This document shows, piece after piece, positions 9,428-13,005 of a stretch of DNA of 13,005 nt. The DNA lies in assembly GCF_006345805.1 (NCBI RefSeq), contig NW_021826403.1, forward strand, positions 1 to 13,005. Reading direction: 5' to 3'. This DNA is from Octopus sinensis. Its lineage: Eukaryota. The stretch's first letter is position 1. Every line of letters starts with the position of its first letter. The translations under genes and the position numbers were made by a program. The notes beneath the pieces were generated by a model. The model saw nothing but the letters and a program-made list of their open reading frames with translations. It made no database searches and was not told where the DNA came from.

Positions 9428-9684
9428 ATAAAAATAAATGCGCCCTTTTTAAAGCCTAGCCAGGCTCATGGGCCCGGTTTCCCGGTTTCCATGGCGTTTG
9501 TCTCCTCTAGCTGGATGGGACGCCAGTCCATCGCAGCGTTACTAATTTTTGCCAGCTAGGTGGACTGGAGCAACGTGAAATGAAGCGTTTTGCTCAAGAA
9601 CACAACACGTCGCCCGGTCCAGGAATCGAAACTACAATCTTACGATCATGATGCTGACTCCCTAACCACTAATCCACGCGCCTC
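9428..9684 (-). mobile_element. tRNA-derived SINE with a 14-17 bp target-site duplication
   Basis: A box at 9666-9676 and B box at 9622-9633 on the minus strand. Flanking direct repeat (ctc)tcattt[g/a]tgcaata at 9411-9427 and 9682-9698 with one mismatch. Confidence 0.88.
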
Positions 9685-9891
9685 TCATTTATGCAATACT
9701 GATGGAATATTTTCCACATCACACAAATGATATAGCGCTCCCGGTGGCGTTGGAGAGAGTAGAGATTGAGATTTTTAGTCGATCCCAATAGTCAATGCCT
9801 CTCATGCCGTCTATCTTTCTTGTTATTAACCTCTGGAGTGCTTCTACTTTCATAATGAGTTGCTTGTTATGGGGAGACCACAGTGGGCAAA
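9685..9891 (-). mobile_element. LINE ORF2 fragment (CR1/L2-group-like, post-RT region)
   Basis: Translates to CPLWSPHNKQLIMKVEALQRLITRKIDGMRGIDYWDRLK, followed by a frameshift. About 93% identical to 11375-11586 (14 substitutions and 1 indel in about 211 nt). Confidence 0.88.
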
Positions 9892-10182
9892 AGGATCTGT
9901 TTGCTATTGTCCAATGAGCGAAAAAAAAACAATGTGTTTCTAAATGAAGATAAGTTTGATATGATCCACTTTGGAAAAGAGGATACTCTGAAATTACCAC
10001 ATGCTCTTCTCTCGGGCGACTCCCTAGTGTCATCCAACAACACCAGAGATCTTGGAGTAATTGTCGATAACAATCTAAGCTGGAGTTCTTACGTAAACAG
10101 CAAGGTTGACTTGGACCGCAAGATGTGCTCCTGGATTCTGAGAACATTCCGGTCTAGAGATGCCCACACCATCATCCTTCTC
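9888..10182 (+). mobile_element. LINE ORF2 fragment (end of RT and thumb region)
   Basis: QKDLFAIVQ*A..NNVFLNEDKFDMIHFG...RDLGVIVDNNLSWSSYVN...KMCSWILRTFRSRD. DLGV.VD..L.W is typical of non-LTR ORF2 C-terminal to the YADD motif. Contains a stop and a frameshift. Confidence 0.88.
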
Positions 10183-10529
10183 TCATATATTACTGGTGTT
10201 GTGCCTAAACGAGAAACCGATATTATCCTTACCTCTGGCACACACGCACATATGCATTGTAGATAATTTTTTACGTAAAAGATGAGTGGGTTTGAAATAC
10301 AGTAATTTACTCTGCTCATGTAATAACCAATATGATGGCAACTTAACAGCCTGATACATTCCAGTGATGTTGCCATTTTGAATTTTCTTCATGAGAGCTG
10401 TAAGGAAATTATGAGAAAAATACAGGAGATCACTTTTAAAAGATGTCTATATTTAGGTTCAATCGAATAAAACTGCTGCAGGTAACAGAGTACAATATCT
10501 ATCTTAAGGATGTACCAGACTCATTAACA

Positions 10530-10530
10530 T

Positions 10531-10590
<60 letters not shown>

Positions 10591-10616
10591 GTATTATATA
10601 TATATATATATATATG
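10530..10616. repeat. (AT)n microsatellite
   Basis: Read directly from the sequence. Confidence 0.95.
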
Positions 10617-11374
10617 ATAGGAGACATAAACACCATAAACTGGCAAAATTATATTTATAAAAATTACATCAATTAATTTCGCAGGAAATTTTCTAGTTAA
10701 CAACACTAACTTCATAAATAAATCCTTTCTGTGAATAATAAAGCCGATCAAAGCTAATGTGGCTGTAATTAGTAAATTTAATTAACCCAAATTGAAAGTG
10801 TGAGAAACACTGTCACTTTGGCAAAGCAGAAAGGAGGTCACCTCACTATTTAGATTTATGAGGACCTCAGCTAGAAAAATGAAAAACAAATATAACATGG
10901 TATAATCCTCCTTCCAAATTAAGAGGCACAACAATTATACTGCAAGTATTTTCACCTCACTTTCCTTCTCAACATAGGTACAACAAATTTTTCAATAGAT
11001 ATGTCATTAAAATAACAATTTCTTGTAAACTAAATTTTGCTCGTTCTCAAATGTTACTAAATTATATTGTGCCAACACAAATCCTATTATTAAACAGTAC
11101 AACTTTAGGAAGAAGAACAACTGCCCGAGAGAAACTAATATTTCAAAAAACATATTCTTAAATGCAAACTAATGATTCGTTTCTGACGTATTTATAGAAG
11201 CTAATTGCAGCCAATTAAAAGCCCATTAGCATCAACGTTACTACGCTTTTTGGAATTCCCATAAGAAAACCGAAACAAATCTAATTAATTACAAATTAAA
11301 ATGAAAAATATGTAGAGAATTAAACTATAAACCGATGCACTGAAACCAGGTTATTCAGGCACCACGGAAGCGTC

Positions 11375-11940
11375 TCCTTTTGCCCACTGTGGTCTCCCCA
11401 TACGAAACAACTCATTATGAAAGTAGAAGCACTCCAGAGGTTAATAACAAGAAAGATAGACGGCTTGAGAGGCATTGATTATTGGGGGTGACTATAAAAC
11501 CTCAATCTCTACTTTCTCCAACGCCGCCGGGAGCGCTACATTATTTGTGTGATGTGGAAAATATTCCATCAGTATTGCACAAATGATGTTGGCATCATTT
11601 TTAAAAACCATCCAAGACTTGGCCCACGTGCTATCCGCACAACACAAAAACCGAACTCAAGAGAACACATAGCAACATGGCGTCACAATTACTTTACCTC
11701 AACCGGTCCAGCTCTCTTTTATACCACACCAAAATACGTCAAAACGGAAATGGATCCCATAAAATTCAAAAGCCCACTGGCCAAATTTCTTCAAAAAATC
11801 CCTGACCAACCTCCTACTCACGGATATGTCTCCAACAATTATACCTCTTTGCTAGAGTGGGCCATGTTCCTCCGTATATGACTAAAAGACTTCACCATAT
11901 GGTGCTATTAAGTCGAAACCTATCAAAGTTTGCAAAGTTT
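11375..11940 (+). mobile_element. 5'-truncated LINE 3' end (ORF2 C-terminus, 3' UTR, short AAAGTTT repeat tail)
   Basis: CPLWSPHTKQLIMKVEALQR...YWG*L*NLNLYFLQRRRERYIICVMWKIF...FLQKIPDQPPTHGY...SLLEW*. Two premature stops; includes ORF 11549-11881; ends aaagtttgcaaagttt before (TA)n. Confidence 0.88.
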
Positions 11941-12013
11941 TATATATATATATATATATCAATAGTAATAATATGACAACAAAAGAATGAATGAAACCTC
12001 GATATCTATAAAT

Positions 12014-12172
12014 ATATGTGACAATTATTTGGTTGTCCTAACAAGACTCAAAATTTTGGATACCGGTGATGAAGTTTCGGATACCGGTGCTAATAACTGA
12101 TGAGATGCCGGAGCAGTCTTCAGCCCCGGTATCCGAAACTGGGTTTTATTATGACAACCAGCTGTCACATAT
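12014..12172. mobile_element. Imperfect fold-back (inverted-repeat) element, possibly an inverted Penelope-like terminus
   Basis: Paired arms: atatgtgaca 12014-12023 with 12163-12172, ggttgtc 12031-12037 with 12153-12159, agtttcggataccgg 12073-12087 with 12126-12140. ggataccggtg is duplicated at 12058-12068 and 12079-12089. Confidence 0.75.
12091..12151 (+). ncRNA. Type I hammerhead ribozyme with intact core (predicted cleavage after U12145)
   Basis: Helix I UAAUAA(12091-12096)/UUAUUA(12146-12151). CUGAUGA 12097-12103. Helix II GAUGCCGG with 12126-12134, one bulged C, extended by 2 bp past an A.C mismatch. GAAAC 12135-12139. Helix III AC/GU with a UGG loop. GUU triplet. Confidence 0.75.
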
Positions 12173-12182
12173 TATATATATA

Positions 12183-12368
12183 TTAGCGATTGTTTTCCTC
12201 CGTCTTCCCTTCCTTGGATCTTGCCTCTTTCTATGTTTCTGACGAAGAGCTCCGCTCGAAACGTTAAATCCTCCTTCTTTCTTTCCTTTCCTTCTCTGAG
12301 CGTCCAATAACACTATACTTGTTCCACGTCCTCACGTTGTTCTGTTTTCCCTTTGGTCATGTTTGGAT

Positions 12369-12372
<4 letters not shown>
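12183..12372 (+). mobile_element. Penelope-like element terminal fragment flanked by (TA)n
   Basis: Pyrimidine-rich segment containing a minimal hammerhead; homologous to 3960-4107 (minus). Confidence 0.6.
12235..12269 (+). ncRNA. Minimal type I hammerhead ribozyme with intact core, dimer-type (predicted cleavage after U12265)
   Basis: GUUU-CUGACGA-A-GAGC(UCC)GCUC-GAAACGUU-AAAU. Helix I is 4 bp, there is an extra A after A9, helix II is 4 bp, and helix III is a loopless palindromic ACGU as in PLE hammerheads that cleave as dimers. Confidence 0.75.
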
Positions 12373-12450
<78 letters not shown>

Positions 12451-12500
12451 AAGAGAGAGAGAGGAAAGAGAGAGAGGACATATATATGTGCGTATATATG

Positions 12501-12541
<41 letters not shown>

Positions 12542-12559
12542 GTATATCTATATGAAATA

Positions 12560-12598
<39 letters not shown>

Positions 12599-12655
12599 TA
12601 TATGTATACACAGTGTATATATACATTATATATATATATGCATGTATATATATAA
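12373..12655. repeat. (TA)n(GA)n(TA)n compound microsatellite
   Basis: Read directly; source of the IY and RE-repeat ORFs. Confidence 0.95.
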
Positions 12656-13005
12656 GACCTCATATGCCACCATGATGCACTTTATATTTGCTTCAAATTT
12701 CATGCACTTTCCTTAACTAGTTTTACAATTTTCTCTATTTTTATTCTCGTCATTTCAGCATATTTTTATCTATCTCCATCTATATTTATTTAACCTCTAA
12801 CAAAATTCTACACATGTAGGTATGTTATGGTGTGATCGTGTGGAAGTGAATGAGTCTGGGAATGTTTGTCTGGTTAAATAAATAATTTGAACAGATCCAG
12901 ATATTTCTAAAGTCATGACATATGTAAGAGGGGGAAAAAAGAGCAAAGTCGTTATATCGCATCTACATATGCGAAAGCACGCGAGGGAGTGCAAGTGTGA
13001 TGTAT

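Noticed and set aside
10350-10487. Possible exon ending at CAG/gtaaca (10481/10482)
   Set aside because: There is no convincing acceptor with an open frame; only a 25-nt microexon fits, and it is unsupported.
10764-11300. Clusters of TAAT/ATTA and TTTATGA motifs as a homeodomain enhancer
   Set aside because: Such motifs are expected by chance in AT-rich DNA, and there is no conservation data to support them.
12074-12123. Minus-strand hammerhead in the fold-back (CUGAAGA at 12117-12123, GAAAC at 12074-12078)
   Set aside because: The 10.1/11.1 positions are C and C, and neither helix II nor helix I forms.
12091-12269. Heterodimer between the two intact hammerheads
   Set aside because: Helix III could cross-pair, but the helix I strands are incompatible (UAAUAA against AAAUCC, GUUU against UUAU).
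2379-12716. Many 60-125 aa ORFs rich in I, Y, L, C/V, T/H or R/E repeats
   Set aside because: These are translations of (ATA)n, (AT)n, (GT)n, (TATG)n and (GA)n microsatellites, with no coding signal.
1-13005. CRISPR array, prokaryotic operon or phage system
   Set aside because: There are no regularly spaced repeat-spacer units or dense ORFs, and the content is typical of an animal genome.

Overview
AT-rich, microsatellite-dense, non-coding animal DNA. The SINE families look like those of coleoid cephalopods, probably Octopus; this is recalled, not database-checked. No intact protein-coding gene, RNA gene or CRISPR array is supported, and most ORFs in the supplied track are translated microsatellites. 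The window is a mosaic of mobile-element remnants: at least six tRNA-derived SINE copies or relics, a decayed DD37D (maT) Tc1/mariner transposon (1247-2412, minus), a 305-bp non-autonomous Helitron (4963-5267), three pieces of a CR1/L2-group LINE, and several Penelope-like terminal fragments. The most notable signal is at the RNA level: five type I hammerhead ribozyme motifs in 13 kb. Two have intact cores (12091-12151 and 12235-12269, plus strand) and three are decayed. One intact motif sits in a fold-back element carrying a perfect 15-nt antisense copy of its own core, a candidate self-inhibited ribozyme. There is also a clean 31-nt templated insertion copied from 1.5 kb away, and a twin-priming-type LINE inversion with an inverted sister copy. 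All activity and novelty claims are untested inference.
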